NCBI GenBank assembly: GCA_963756875.1
Contig: CAVWPA010000003.1
Coordinates: 1,720,365 to 1,784,364, forward strand
Length of the DNA: 64,000 nucleotides
Direction of reading: 5' to 3'
Source of the DNA: an uncultured Verrucomicrobiae bacterium
Lineage (GTDB): Bacteria; Verrucomicrobiota; Verrucomicrobiia; Chthoniobacterales; UBA10450
Below the pieces are notes generated by a model. That model did no database searches, was not told where the DNA came from, and saw only the letters and a program-made list of their open reading frames with translations. Positions 9,885 to 20,316 of this stretch are shown here, piece by piece (positions within the stretch are counted from its first letter, which is position 1; every line of letters begins with the position of its first letter). The translations under genes were made by a program, and so were the position numbers.

Positions 9885-10494
9885 TCGTGCCACACGCAGC
9901 GGGTTCACGTTGCTCGAAATCACGCTGGCGGTGGCGATTCTGGCGATGATGGCGGTGGCCATTTATCGTTTCGTTCAAACCAATCTCGTCGCGATTCGTG
10001 TCTCGTCCGATGCCGCTCTGGAGGACGAGCGGTACGGTGGGTTGCGCGACCTGCTCACAGCACAATGGCAAAGCCTGGTTCCCGGTAACGGCCGGCTCCT
10101 GGGTGAACCTTATAAATTCAACGATCGTTCGCGCGATGAGATCAGGTGGATTTGCGGCGCCGGCCCCGGGTTGCTGACCCGGTACGCGCCGGGCGATTTC
10201 ATCGTTACGATGCGGCTGCAGCGGGAAAATGAGAAAAGCAACCGGCTCGATCTCGGATTCCTGCGAAAACCGAAAAACGATTCTGACATTGCCGGGGAAG
10301 AGGATAGCTGGGTGCCGCTGATCAAGAACGTCTCCAGTTTGCAGATTCGTTATTTCGATCCGCGTTTGAACACGTGGCTGAATCGATGGACCGATACGGT
10401 GACGTTGCCACGGCTGGTGAAGGTGGTGATTGGACGTCCCGGTAATGCGGCGCCGTGGGAGGTGATCATTCCGTTGGGACGGACCCCGCTATGA
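9859..10494 (+). CDS. gspJ: Type II secretion minor pseudopilin GspJ
   Basis: G|FTLLEITLAVAIL; C-terminal W...LPRLVKV typical of GspJ. Confidence 0.8.
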   Translation: MSIASGQVNRATRSGFTLLEITLAVAILAMMAVAIYRFVQTNLVAIRVSSDAALEDERYGGLRDLLTAQWQSLVPGNGRLLGEPYKFNDRSRDEIRWICGAGPGLLTRYAPGDFIVTMRLQRENEKSNRLDLGFLRKPKNDSDIAGEEDSWVPLIKNVSSLQIRYFDPRLNTWLNRWTDTVTLPRLVKVVIGRPGNAAPWEVIIPLGRTPL

Positions 10495-11411
10495 TAAAGA
10501 GGATGCCGATCTTGCGGTTGAAAAGAATTCGCGGCGCCGCGGTGATCCTTTCGCTCTGGGCGCTTTTCCTGCTCAGTGCGATGGTAATTTCATGGGCAGT
10601 AGACATTGGCTCGCGGCTGACGCTTTCCGGAAATGCCAATCGCCTTCTCGATGCGGAAGCGATGGCTTGCTCCGGTGCCGAGGTTGCATTGCATCCCGCG
10701 GTCAAACCGGGCTCGCCCAATCTGACCGGGGGACTGGGTCGCGGCAAAAGTTATGAGGCGCGTATCACCGGTGAGGGTGGCCGCTTGAATATAAACTGGC
10801 TCGTGGCGGGTGAAGATCCCGACAAGCTGGAGATTTTGGAGAAATATCTGCAAAACAAAGGTGTCGATCTAAATGAACGCGACCATATGATGGATTGTCT
10901 GCTCGACTGGGTCGATCCCGATAACCTCGTGCGTCTCAACGGCGCTGAGGAAGGCGAGGATTATCATCCGGCCAATACATTGTTTACGCGAATCGACGAG
11001 CTTAAAAAAGTGAAAGGCTGGACCGAGTTTACTTCCCATCCGGACTGGGACGAAGATTTCACGCTGAATAGCAGCGGGCCGATCGATGTGGCCTGGGCTT
11101 CGCGCGACGTGCTTTTGGCTTTGCCCGGAATGACGGAACAGCTGGTGGATCGATTCCTGGAAATCCGGCGCGGCCCGGACGGAATCGATGGGACAGCCGA
11201 TGATGCACAGTTTAAAACCGTGGACGACGTGCGGGCGCAGCTCGGTTTTAACGAGGAACAGTTTAAAGAGCTCGCCAAGCTGATCTCATTTAAGGACCCG
11301 GTTTACCGCGTTGTCAGCGTTGGAAAAGCCGGCGATGCCACGCGTACCGTGCAATTGGTGTTCCGGCGCGTCGGTGTTGTTTCGCAAGTCATCACCTGGA
11401 GGGAGTTTTAA
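10491..11411 (+). CDS. gspK: Type II secretion protein GspK
   Basis: RGAAVILSLW N-terminus; EGGRLNIN, LLDWVDPD, ELKKVKG, LLALPGM motifs; ATG at 10491. Confidence 0.88.
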   Translation: MIKRMPILRLKRIRGAAVILSLWALFLLSAMVISWAVDIGSRLTLSGNANRLLDAEAMACSGAEVALHPAVKPGSPNLTGGLGRGKSYEARITGEGGRLNINWLVAGEDPDKLEILEKYLQNKGVDLNERDHMMDCLLDWVDPDNLVRLNGAEEGEDYHPANTLFTRIDELKKVKGWTEFTSHPDWDEDFTLNSSGPIDVAWASRDVLLALPGMTEQLVDRFLEIRRGPDGIDGTADDAQFKTVDDVRAQLGFNEEQFKELAKLISFKDPVYRVVSVGKAGDATRTVQLVFRRVGVVSQVITWREF

Positions 11412-11433
11412 TATCGAAGCGGGACCGACATCT

Positions 11434-12648
11434 GTGTTCATCACGCCGACGGCGCATGGCTGGAATCTTTTGCGGGCGTCGGCCAGTAACGGTTCCTGGG
11501 AAGTGCACCTGTTGCACACGCTCGATGAGGCGGTGCCGCTGTTGAAGGCGGAAGACGATCTCGTGCTCAGTCTTCCCGTGGCCGCGGTGCTGGCCCAGCG
11601 GTTTCGTCTGCCAACCGTCGATCCGTCGGAGTTTCCGGAAATGGTCCGCATTCAAATTGAGAAGGCCCTCCCGTTTTCTCCGGAGGAAGTGACGACCGAC
11701 TTCGAAGTGATCGAACAAAATGAGACCGAAAGCGTGATTTCTGCGGTCGCGGTCCGCAACGAACGGTTGGCGGAAATCGCGGCGCCTTTGATCGAACGGG
11801 GTTTTATTCCGCGACAGGTGACCGTGTATGCCGCGCAACGGGCCAGCACGCACGCGCCGAAGGGCCGCGCGCTGCTTATCTATCCGGAAGGCGAAACGCT
11901 CGTTTCCGCTGTCACGGAGAATGGAAAAGTAAGCATGGCTAAGACTTTGAATGGCGTGGAACCGGCACAATTGCAGATGGAACTGCCGCAGCTGACGTTG
12001 AGCGCGGAGTTGCAGGGGATCACAGGCTCGTTCCCGAATGTGTTGCTGGACGAGACTTGTTACGAACTGCGCGACACTGTGCAGGGGATCCTGAACGAGC
12101 GCGCCGAGATTGTGAGCGTCGAAACGCCGCCTGTCCCCGTTAAGCTCAATCTTCTTCCCGAAAGTTGGAAGCAGCGGCGATTGCAAATCGTCAGGCGAGG
12201 GGAATGGCGCAAACGCCTCATTCAGGCCGGAGGCGTGTATGCCGGCCTCCTGTTGCTTTTCCTTGCTTATTTCGGCTATGAACGATTTCAAATTGCGCGG
12301 CTTGATCGGCTGATTGCGCGCGACGAGCCGCAGACCCAGTTCGTTCGCGCGACGGAATCGACCTGGAAGGCGCTGGCTCCGGCCATCGATACGCGATATT
12401 ACCCGGTCGAAATTCTATTGCATCTCTACGAGAGCATTCCGTCGCGGGACGTGCGTATCACCGCTTATAATCAATCGGCGCGCCAAATTTCAATCGATGG
12501 CGAAGCCAACTCCGCCGCGCTCGCTTATCAATTTGCCGATAAAGTGAAAAAGAATCCCGGTCTCCAGATTTTTCGATTCGACATGGCAGCTCCGCGCATT
12601 TTACCGAACGATCACGCCCAGTTTCGCCTGGAGGGAAAACCGCGATGA
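11434..12648 (+). CDS. gspL: GspL/PilM-PilN-like inner-membrane platform protein
   Basis: QIEKALPFSPEE, NLLPESWK, single TM helix, PilN-like C-terminus; GTG start at 11434 avoids overlap with gspK. Confidence 0.72.
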   Translation: MFITPTAHGWNLLRASASNGSWEVHLLHTLDEAVPLLKAEDDLVLSLPVAAVLAQRFRLPTVDPSEFPEMVRIQIEKALPFSPEEVTTDFEVIEQNETESVISAVAVRNERLAEIAAPLIERGFIPRQVTVYAAQRASTHAPKGRALLIYPEGETLVSAVTENGKVSMAKTLNGVEPAQLQMELPQLTLSAELQGITGSFPNVLLDETCYELRDTVQGILNERAEIVSVETPPVPVKLNLLPESWKQRRLQIVRRGEWRKRLIQAGGVYAGLLLLFLAYFGYERFQIARLDRLIARDEPQTQFVRATESTWKALAPAIDTRYYPVEILLHLYESIPSRDVRITAYNQSARQISIDGEANSAALAYQFADKVKKNPGLQIFRFDMAAPRILPNDHAQFRLEGKPR

Positions 12649-13205
12649 CGATTCAGGCATGGTTCGAGCGAATGAATCAGCGCGAGCGAATGCTATCGCT
12701 CGCTGTCGCGGCCGTCATTTTTGTGCTCTTGAATTTTTTTATTTGGAGCTGGCTGCTCGGCACCATTGGCCAGGCGCGGTCGGAGCTGGCTGTTCGCCGC
12801 GACAGGCTCAAGGAACAGGAGGTATTTGTTAAGGAGCGGGCGCTTTGGACGAAACGAGACCAGTGGCTGCAGAAGCATCAGCCAGTCTTGAAAAATTCGG
12901 GAGAAGCGCAAACCGGGTTGCTCGACCAGCTTAAACAGATCGCCGGCAAGTATAATATCTTGATTGAAAACCCGGCCATCGGTCCGGGAGAGACAACGCC
13001 GAATCATCAGGCTGTTTTTGCGTCGATCGAAACGAAAAGCGCGTGGCCGCCTCTCGTACACTTTCTTTATGACGTGCAGCAGCCGGACTCATTTATCGCG
13101 TTTGATTCGGTCAATCTCATGATCGACAGCAATGATCCGACGATGATGCGCGGTAGATTTAAGATCGCGCGCTGGTTTGCGCCGGTCGGACGCAAGAAAG
13201 GGTGA
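12645..13205 (+). CDS. gspM: GspM-like protein
   Basis: WFERMNQRERMLS followed by a TM helix; follows gspL. Confidence 0.75.
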   Translation: MTIQAWFERMNQRERMLSLAVAAVIFVLLNFFIWSWLLGTIGQARSELAVRRDRLKEQEVFVKERALWTKRDQWLQKHQPVLKNSGEAQTGLLDQLKQIAGKYNILIENPAIGPGETTPNHQAVFASIETKSAWPPLVHFLYDVQQPDSFIAFDSVNLMIDSNDPTMMRGRFKIARWFAPVGRKKG

Positions 13206-13804
13206 CTATTATGAGAGGGTCACTCCTGCTTTTATTACTCCTTGCCTTGATCGGCGTCCTACCGAGCCGGGGTGATGATGATTTGCCGAAGCGATTCAAC
13301 TTCTCTCGCTATCAGGCCATGCTGGATCACTCGCCCTTCGCCGTGGCTACCGCTGTCGTGTTGCCGGCGGCCACGCCGGAAGTCTTTAAGGACCTTTACG
13401 TCGCCAACGTTGCGCACACGCCGGAGGCCGATCTGGTAACTGTTGTGTCGAACGCCGATAAAAACCTGAAAGAATATCTTTCGACGGCCGGGCCTAACGA
13501 ACACGGTTATTCCGTCTCCAATATCGAATGGTCCGACCAGCCCGGCGCGACCAGGGTTACCATCGGCAAGGACGGAAAATTTGTCACCCTCAGCTTTAAC
13601 CAGGCTTTGCTCAGCGCACCGTTGCCCGTGGCGCCGACGCGTCCTCAGCCGCAAAGGATTATTCCGCGGCCGACCCCGGCCATGAATAGGCCCAGGATCC
13701 CCAGCTCGATACGTATTCCGCCCTTGCCGACACGGACTCCACACATACGCGGCGTCATTCCCAGAAATCCGGCGGCAAACGTTCGTCCACCGGCCCAGCA
13801 GTAG
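13202..13804 (+). CDS. Hypothetical exported protein with Pro/Arg-rich tail (GspC-like position)
   Basis: Hydrophobic N-terminus; overlaps gspM stop. Confidence 0.6.
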   Translation: MTIMRGSLLLLLLLALIGVLPSRGDDDLPKRFNFSRYQAMLDHSPFAVATAVVLPAATPEVFKDLYVANVAHTPEADLVTVVSNADKNLKEYLSTAGPNEHGYSVSNIEWSDQPGATRVTIGKDGKFVTLSFNQALLSAPLPVAPTRPQPQRIIPRPTPAMNRPRIPSSIRIPPLPTRTPHIRGVIPRNPAANVRPPAQQ

Positions 13805-13833
13805 AGCCTTAACTGAGGGCGATGGAATCTTCG

Positions 13834-14250
13834 CTACCGGCCCCAGTCGTCATCCGCAGTATCGGGAGTCCGATCCGGGCCTGCTGAAAAAAGGTCGTAA
13901 CCACTCGGATTCTTGATTCCGGGGCATCGATAAACGTACTCCATAGCCCATGGATCTTTCGGGACGCTGTCCATCAATTGAGTCCACTGTTCTGGGATTG
14001 GATCGGTGTCCGGCCTAACGACGAGCGCCTTCAGGCCCTGATCCGTGGTTGGATAAAAACCATTTCGTCCTGAGTACGCCAGTAACATGGTTCTTATTCC
14101 CTGAATGTCGGCTTCGATTCGCGTTTTCTTCGCGACATCGACACTCGGGCCCATTTTGTAAATCGCTGCACCAAGAAGGAGCGCGATGATTGTGACCACG
14201 AGCATGATCTCGAGCAGCGTGAAGCCGCTCTGTTTGCGGGTTATTCTCAT
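13834..14250 (-). CDS. gspG: Type II secretion major pseudopilin GspG
   Basis: G|FTLLEIMLVV, YPTTDQGLKALV, PKDPW, YDLFSAGPD; ATG at 14250. Confidence 0.92.
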   Translation of the reverse strand: MRITRKQSGFTLLEIMLVVTIIALLLGAAIYKMGPSVDVAKKTRIEADIQGIRTMLLAYSGRNGFYPTTDQGLKALVVRPDTDPIPEQWTQLMDSVPKDPWAMEYVYRCPGIKNPSGYDLFSAGPDRTPDTADDDWGR

Positions 14251-14322
14251 ACAAGCCTGAAATCCGGGCTGCGAATATAGCACAAACGAACTCCTGCGCC
14301 GGGCGATTCTTCCACAACTGTC

Positions 14323-15405
14323 TTAATGGCCGGCTTGCAGAACGTAATCGGATTTCTCCCAAAGATATTTTAGCTGAATCTGTGTTCCACGGATCGCCGA
14401 TGCTGCGGTTCCACTTCCGCTGAGAACCACCAGGTCATTTGTGCCGGCCTTTAAATTTGCGACCGGAATAATTTTCTGTGCCCGCAGCCAGCCGGTGTAC
14501 TGAAACTGCATTTGGTTCACGAGCGGCTCCATCTGGCCCCGATAACCGGGATCGGCGAGTTCCGGCAGGGTCAGCGTAACCGGCCCGACGTCTTCGCCGT
14601 TCACGTAAACTTCGGGCGGCACATCGATGCGCGGGCTGGCTACTTCAAACGTAAGCAGAGCAAGCAACGGTTGCGCTTCGATACCGAATTGAAACGCCGC
14701 GCCTTGCTGGACGCTCGGTCCGATCCGGATGGTATCCGGGGAGAGCGACGCAGTGACGCTCCCAAACTGTGCCGTATCCTGTGTCGGCGATTGCAACGGC
14801 GGCAGCGATGAAAACGGTTGCGGGATCACCTCCTGGTGTCTGGCATTGAGCGGATGCACCACTTCGGTGCTCGTCATCCAATTGAGATAGGCACCACGGA
14901 CGGTCTTGCCGTCTCCCGGAACTTCGATATCGATGGCAGAAATTCCGTTCATCGGAATCATGGCCGAATCGGAGGTTGGCAAATCGATCCCCGACCCGAG
15001 CTGGCCGGAACGCAAAACTTCGCTGCCTGATTCGTCCCACGCGACCAATTCCGGCCGCGCGCCCGGTTTGTCGTCGAAGAAAAGACGGAGAAACAAGACT
15101 TGATAGTCTCCCGGCGGATGCGCGACCCGGATTCGAAAAACAGTTTTGGGCGCCCCCTCTGTTGTTACGCTCGGCGTCATGGATACGGCTTCGACCCAGT
15201 CCGGCGCGCTTTGTGTCCCGGGATGTCCGTTTTGCCGAAGATCGATCCAGGCGCTGTCCGGGGTCGTTTTCCCCAGGGTGACAGCTGCCTGGGACTGGGG
15301 TTGAGACAGGCCGCCAGTAAACGCTTCCTGGGCATGTAGAGAGACTGCGCCGCCGAGCATGAGCGCGAACGCAACAGAGCGAAGAAGCATCTGGGACTTC
15401 GACAT
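14323..15405 (-). CDS. Secreted beta-rich hypothetical protein between gspF and gspG
   Basis: Signal peptide ...SLHA|QE; 360 aa; starts 4 bp after the gspF stop. Confidence 0.7.
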   Translation of the reverse strand: MSKSQMLLRSVAFALMLGGAVSLHAQEAFTGGLSQPQSQAAVTLGKTTPDSAWIDLRQNGHPGTQSAPDWVEAVSMTPSVTTEGAPKTVFRIRVAHPPGDYQVLFLRLFFDDKPGARPELVAWDESGSEVLRSGQLGSGIDLPTSDSAMIPMNGISAIDIEVPGDGKTVRGAYLNWMTSTEVVHPLNARHQEVIPQPFSSLPPLQSPTQDTAQFGSVTASLSPDTIRIGPSVQQGAAFQFGIEAQPLLALLTFEVASPRIDVPPEVYVNGEDVGPVTLTLPELADPGYRGQMEPLVNQMQFQYTGWLRAQKIIPVANLKAGTNDLVVLSGSGTAASAIRGTQIQLKYLWEKSDYVLQAGH

Positions 15406-15409
15406 TACT

Positions 15410-16663
15410 TCAATGCGGACGGAACTGCAAGCTGCGTGTCATTTCAAACACGGCCGAGAGAATGCTGTAAACGACAGCACCCACCACGATGGCGATGAGC
15501 ACTACGATAACAATCGGAATCAGCGTCGAAATCACGCCCACGGTGCGATCGAGCTCGCGTTCGTAGACGTCCGCAATCGTTTGCATCGACCCGGCGAATT
15601 GTCCGTGTCCGGTTTGTTCGCCCACCGCCATCATGTCGGTAAACAAATCGGGAAACAGATGTTGCGCGCTCAACGCGCTCGACAGTGTGGCTCCATCGAT
15701 CACCGCGCGCCGCACTTCGGTCAGTTTTGATTCGAGAAATTTGTTGCCCGCGATTTCCGAAACGAGATCGAGTGCACGGAGGAGGGGAACTCCATTCTCT
15801 ATTAGAGTACCCAGCGTCCGCGAAAACTGAGCGTAGTAACGATGCCGAATCAATCGCCCATAACCCGGAATGCTGAGACGGAACCGGTCCCACGTGATGC
15901 GCCCTTCCGGTGTCCGCACGAACGCGCGAAAGCCCGTGATACCGCCTGCGACAAGGAGCGCGACAAGCCACCAGTAAGAGGTGATCGCATGATGAACTCC
16001 CAGCAACATGCGGGTGGCCAACGGCAGGGTGGCGTTGTTCTGCGACATGAAAGCAGTCAATTGCGGCACCATGAACGTGATGAAAATGGTGATCAGGGCG
16101 ATGCCGGCCACGGCCAGCGCGGCCGGATAGATCAACGCCAGTTGCACGCGATCGCGCAGGTTTTTCGCCTGCATTAAATGTTTTACCAGCCGGTGTAAAA
16201 TATCGGGAAGCGCGCCGCTCGCTTCGCCGGCCGCTACCAGGTTCACATAAAGCGGAGGAAAAATTCGTGGGAAATCGCGCAGCGCTTGCGAAAAACTCCG
16301 GCCATCGACTAATGCCTGATGCAGCGCCCGCGTCATTTGCTGCAGGCCCGGCCGCTTCAGACGCTTTTCCAGGATGGACAATCCTTCGTCCAGTGTCATG
16401 CCTGCTTGAAGCAAGTGCGCCAGTTGCTCGGTAAAAAGAAGCGCCTGGCTGTGCGGGATCTTCAGATTCTGCGTTGCAGGCGCGATCGGAGGCTTTTCAC
16501 CGACGACAGCTCTTTCGGGTGCCCCGCCGACGATGTCGATCTTAATTGGAATGCAGTGCTGTTGCTCGATTTGGCGAATGGCGACGGCGCGGTCCGCGCA
16601 TTCCAGTACGCCTTCGACCAGACCGCCGCTGGCATTGCGCGCTCGATAAGCAAACTGTGGCAT
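15410..16663 (-). CDS. gspF: Type II secretion inner-membrane protein GspF/PilC
   Basis: MPQFAYRA, FTEQLAHLLQAG, AAGEASGAL, ALIYP, VGEQTG. Confidence 0.92.
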   Translation of the reverse strand: MPQFAYRARNASGGLVEGVLECADRAVAIRQIEQQHCIPIKIDIVGGAPERAVVGEKPPIAPATQNLKIPHSQALLFTEQLAHLLQAGMTLDEGLSILEKRLKRPGLQQMTRALHQALVDGRSFSQALRDFPRIFPPLYVNLVAAGEASGALPDILHRLVKHLMQAKNLRDRVQLALIYPAALAVAGIALITIFITFMVPQLTAFMSQNNATLPLATRMLLGVHHAITSYWWLVALLVAGGITGFRAFVRTPEGRITWDRFRLSIPGYGRLIRHRYYAQFSRTLGTLIENGVPLLRALDLVSEIAGNKFLESKLTEVRRAVIDGATLSSALSAQHLFPDLFTDMMAVGEQTGHGQFAGSMQTIADVYERELDRTVGVISTLIPIVIVVLIAIVVGAVVYSILSAVFEMTRSLQFRPH

Positions 16664-16786
16664 CGGCTGGAAAAGTAATCCGAATTCTCAAACCTTAAAC
16701 ATGAAACAGTTGGGATTGGGAGCGCCACCCGTTGCTGTGTCGAGGACCGGAATCGGGATTTGTCTCGGGGCCGGGATCGATTGTTC

Positions 16787-18051
16787 TCAGCCGGCCAGCG
16801 TCGCCCAGATAATCAAGCCTCCCAACGCTGCCAGCGTCACCGGTACGCCCAACCGTTCGAAATCGCGGAAGGAAATTCGAATGCCGAGTTCGCGGGCTTG
16901 CTGCACCACGATGATGTTGGAGACACTTCCGACGATGAGGAGACTTCCGCCGAAACTGTTGGCCAGCGCCAAAATGTAGGCCGCCGTCGGTTGGGAGAGA
17001 TTGATCATCTTGATCAGCAGCATCACCGCGGGCGCGTTGTTGATTAGATTGGATAGTGCCGCTGTCGTCAGCGCGAGCTGGATCGGCGCGTTGAGATTGA
17101 AACCGACATGCGTCAGCCATTGCACCGCCTGCTCGCCGTACCCCGTGGATTCAAACGCGCCAGTCACAACAAATAATCCCAAAAAGAGAACGAGGATCGA
17201 CCAGTCCACGAGGCCGAGAAGCTGGTCTGTGCGGAACTTGGGACTGGCAAGGTGAATCGCCGCAGCGGCGAGAACGATGATTTCTCTGGGCCACGACGTG
17301 AAGAACAGACCGACCACCAATATCAGAATGACAAGACCCTTGACTGTGTGCGTGCGATCAAATGGGTAACTTTCGCCATCTGCGTGCGCTTGGAGCGGGC
17401 GCTGTCAGCTGAAGGTTCTTGCGCGACATCATCCAGATGATTCCGTAACCGGCGCCCATGGCGAAGAGTACAGGAATGATGCTCCATAAAAGATAGCGGC
17501 CGAAGTTCAGGTCCGCGACCTGTCCGATCAGCATGTCCTGCGGGTTGCCGACTAAAGTGGCAGCCGCGCCGATATTGCTGGAAATCGCGAGCGCAATCAG
17601 AAATGGAACCGGGTTGAGTTTTCGGCGAAGCAGAGCCAAGGCGACAACGGGCGTAAAAGCGTAGCAAACGATGTCGTGATTGAGAAAGGCGGACAGCCCG
17701 CCCGTTACCGCCATTAAAACGAGAAGAAAACGCGCCGGATGTCCAAGTCGCGCGGAAATCGCCATCGGCCACTTTATTGTAAAATCCGGAGAGCCGGAGT
17801 TGGGCTGAGATAACAAAAAAACCGAACAGCAGGAGGATTGTCGGCCAGTTAACGCTGGCAATCGCGCCTTGGATGGAGATGCCGCCAAAGATCATCATCG
17901 CGATTGCCCCCAGGAGAACGATGCCGACGCGATTGAGTTTCAAGCCCGGCACGCGACCGATCGCGATGCCCAGATAGGTGACCGCGAAGATGGCCAGGAC
18001 GATCGCCTTGGAAGGTGCGTTCAGCGTTGCGATGCCGAGCAAAGCGAACAT
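16787..18051 (-). pseudogene. ArsB/NhaD/CitM-type (IT superfamily) anion transporter split by two frameshifts
   Basis: Three frames give consecutive parts: ...FYNKVAD | AISARLG...SNIGAAATLVGNPQD... | ...ADGESYPFDRTHTVKGL...SNLINNAPA...GSVSNIIV; shifts near 17762 and 17395. Confidence 0.8.
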
Positions 18052-18112
18052 GGGTAGGACCGCTACGTTACCCGCGGATTGTTCGACTTGTCTCTGTTTT
18101 TATCTCGGAATC

Positions 18113-18682
18113 GAGGCGGGGGCGGGAATGGAGCCGGCGGGAGCCGAGCGACATAGACGAAGCCCGAAGGGTGAGCTCGCGGGCAGCGAGCGAATCAATC
18201 GAACCGGCCCGTGGAGTGAAAGCCCCGGTATCCATCAAACCCGAGCGTGATGTTGAGGCGGGGGCGGGAATGGAGCCGGCGGGAGCCGAGCGACATAGAC
18301 GAAGCCCGAAGGGTGAGCTCGCGGGCAGCGAGCGAATCAATCGAACCGGCCCGTGGAGTAAAAGCCCCGGTATCCATCAAACCCGAGCGTGATGTTGAGG
18401 CGGGGGCGGGAATGGAGCCGGCGGGAGCCGAGCGACATAGACGAAGCCCGAAGGGTGAGTCTCGCGGGCAGCGAGCGAATCAATCGAACCGGCCCGTGGA
18501 GTAAAAGCCCCGGTATCCATCAAACCCGAGCGTGATGTTGAGGCGGGGGCGGGAATGGAGCCGGCGGGAGCCGAGCGACATAGACGAAGCCCGAAGGGTG
18601 AGTCTCGCGGGCAGCGAGCGAATCAATCGAACCGGCCCGTGGAGTAAAAGCCCCGGTATCCATCAAACCCGAGCGTGATGTT
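18113..18682 (-). repeat. Four tandem 142-143 bp repeats downstream of tRNA-Cys, each ending in the tRNA 3' end
   Basis: Units start at 18113, 18255, 18397 and 18540 with GAGGCGGGGGCGGGAAT, identical to 18683-18699. Confidence 0.95.
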
Positions 18683-18683
18683 G

Positions 18684-18755
18684 AGGCGGGGGCGGGAATC
18701 GAACCCGCGAATAGCGGTTTTGCAGACCGCTGCCTTACCACTTGGCTACCCCGCC
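18684..18755 (-). tRNA. tRNA-Cys (GCA)
   Basis: Reverse complement GGCGGGGTAGCCAAGTGGTAAGGCAGCGGTCTGCAAAACCGCTATTCGCGGGTTCGATTCCCGCCCCCGCCT folds as a cloverleaf; GCA anticodon; U discriminator; CCA not encoded. Confidence 0.96.
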
Positions 18756-18921
18756 AAATCAGCGAAAGCGCAGTATCCCGCACAGTGAGAACGTGTCAAT
18801 ACACGCGAGCTCAAGCCGCTGGAGCAATGGAGTAGAGGAGCGATGGAGGAATGATGGGTTTGAATCATTGCCGCATCACCTCAATACTCCAATACTCCAC
18901 CTCTCCAATCCGCCGCAACCT

Positions 18922-20202
18922 GTGACCTCGCGTTCTTCCGAACTTTTTTCCCGCGCGCAAAAACGCATCCCCGGCGGCGTGAACTCGCCGGTGCGCGCTT
19001 TTCGCAACGTCGGTGGCGAGCCCTTTTTTGTCGAGCGCGCGGCCGGATCGAGGATCTGGGATGTCGACGGGAAAGAGTACATCGATTACGTCGGCAGCTG
19101 GGGACCGGCGATTCTCGGGCATGCGCCAAAGGTAATTGTCGATGCCGTGCGCGACGCCGCCACGCGTGGCCTCAGCTTCGGGATCCCTAATCCATTCGAG
19201 GTGGAAATGGCGGAATTGATCTGCAACTGGATGCCGTCGATTGAAAAAGTCCGGATGGTCAACAGCGGCACCGAGGCGACGATGTCGTGCGTCCGTCTGG
19301 CACGCGGCTTTACCCACCGCGACAAAATCATCAAGTTCGATGGTTGTTATCACGGGCATGCCGATCCGCTGCTGGTGAAATCGGGCAGCGGCGCGCTCAC
19401 TCATGGCCAGCCGGACAGCGCAGGTGTTCCGCGCGCTTTTGGGGAACTCACGATTTCCTTGCCATTCAACGACGTCGCACTGATCCGGAAAGCTTTCTCT
19501 GAAAACAAAAATCAAATCGCAGCTATCATTCTGGAACCGGTCCCGGCAAATGCCGGACTCTATTTTCCGGAAAAGGATTTTCTGTCCTCCTTGCGCGAAG
19601 AATGCACCAAAAATGGCGCATTATTGATTTTTGATGAAGTGATGACCGGTTTTCGCGTCGCCCGTGGTGGCGCCCAGGAAATTTACGGAGTGAAACCGGA
19701 CATCACCGCGTTGGGAAAAGTAATTGGCGGCGGGTTGCCTGTGGGCGCATTTGGCGGGCGCGGCGAAATCATGGACCAGCTATCGCCGGATGGTCCGGTT
19801 TATCAGGCGGGAACGCTTTCCGGAAATCCTCTGGCCATGGCGGCCGGTCTTGCGCAACTGCGCGAACTCGAGCGGATCAACGCTTGGAAATTACTCGAAG
19901 AACTTGGCGCGCAATTCGAGAAATTTACTCGAGACGCCATCTCGCATGTCGGAATCGCCGTAACATTTCATCGGATCGGCTCGATGTTTTGTTTGTTTTT
20001 CGCGTCCGGGCCGATTGTCGATCTGGCGGGCGCAAAACGCAGCGACCTGAAAATGTTCGCCAAATTTTTTCATGCCTGTTGTGAGCACGGCATTTATTTC
20101 GCGCCATCACAATTCGAAACCGGTTTCATCTCAACCGCGCACAGTGCCGAAGACATCGAGCGAACGGGTACCGTTGTGCGCGAAGTCCTGGCTCACCTGT
20201 AG
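18922..20202 (+). CDS. hemL: Glutamate-1-semialdehyde 2,1-aminomutase
   Basis: [61 protein letters not shown] start at 18922. Confidence 0.96.
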   Translation: MTSRSSELFSRAQKRIPGGVNSPVRAFRNVGGEPFFVERAAGSRIWDVDGKEYIDYVGSWGPAILGHAPKVIVDAVRDAATRGLSFGIPNPFEVEMAELICNWMPSIEKVRMVNSGTEATMSCVRLARGFTHRDKIIKFDGCYHGHADPLLVKSGSGALTHGQPDSAGVPRAFGELTISLPFNDVALIRKAFSENKNQIAAIILEPVPANAGLYFPEKDFLSSLREECTKNGALLIFDEVMTGFRVARGGAQEIYGVKPDITALGKVIGGGLPVGAFGGRGEIMDQLSPDGPVYQAGTLSGNPLAMAAGLAQLRELERINAWKLLEELGAQFEKFTRDAISHVGIAVTFHRIGSMFCLFFASGPIVDLAGAKRSDLKMFAKFFHACCEHGIYFAPSQFETGFISTAHSAEDIERTGTVVREVLAHL

Positions 20203-20275
20203 CGGCCCCGAACGCTTTCGGGGTCGCAAAATGTTGGGAGAAGAGAATCCGACGGTCATAGACCGCCGCTACAGG
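20196..20275. repeat. GTAG-family REP doublet overlapping the hemL stop
   Basis: CCTGTAGCGGC ... GCCGCTACAGG. Confidence 0.8.
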
Positions 20276-20316
20276 GAGACTGGACGCCGCAACGCAGCCT
20301 CCTTACCTTTCCCGCT

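Noticed and set aside
18113..18682. CRISPR array, or protein-coding ORFs in the tRNA repeats
   Set aside because: The units are near-identical along their whole length, so there are no unique spacers. The ORFs are translations of the repeat.
16700..18755. Prophage or genomic island at tRNA-Cys
   Set aside because: There is no integrase or phage gene, and I saw no distant copy of the tRNA 3' end elsewhere in the window.
18742..18921. N-terminal extension of HemL (also the upstream extensions of RluD, the kinase, MlaF and NusB in the ORF track)
   Set aside because: These overlap the tRNA, repeats or neighbouring genes; homology begins at downstream starts.
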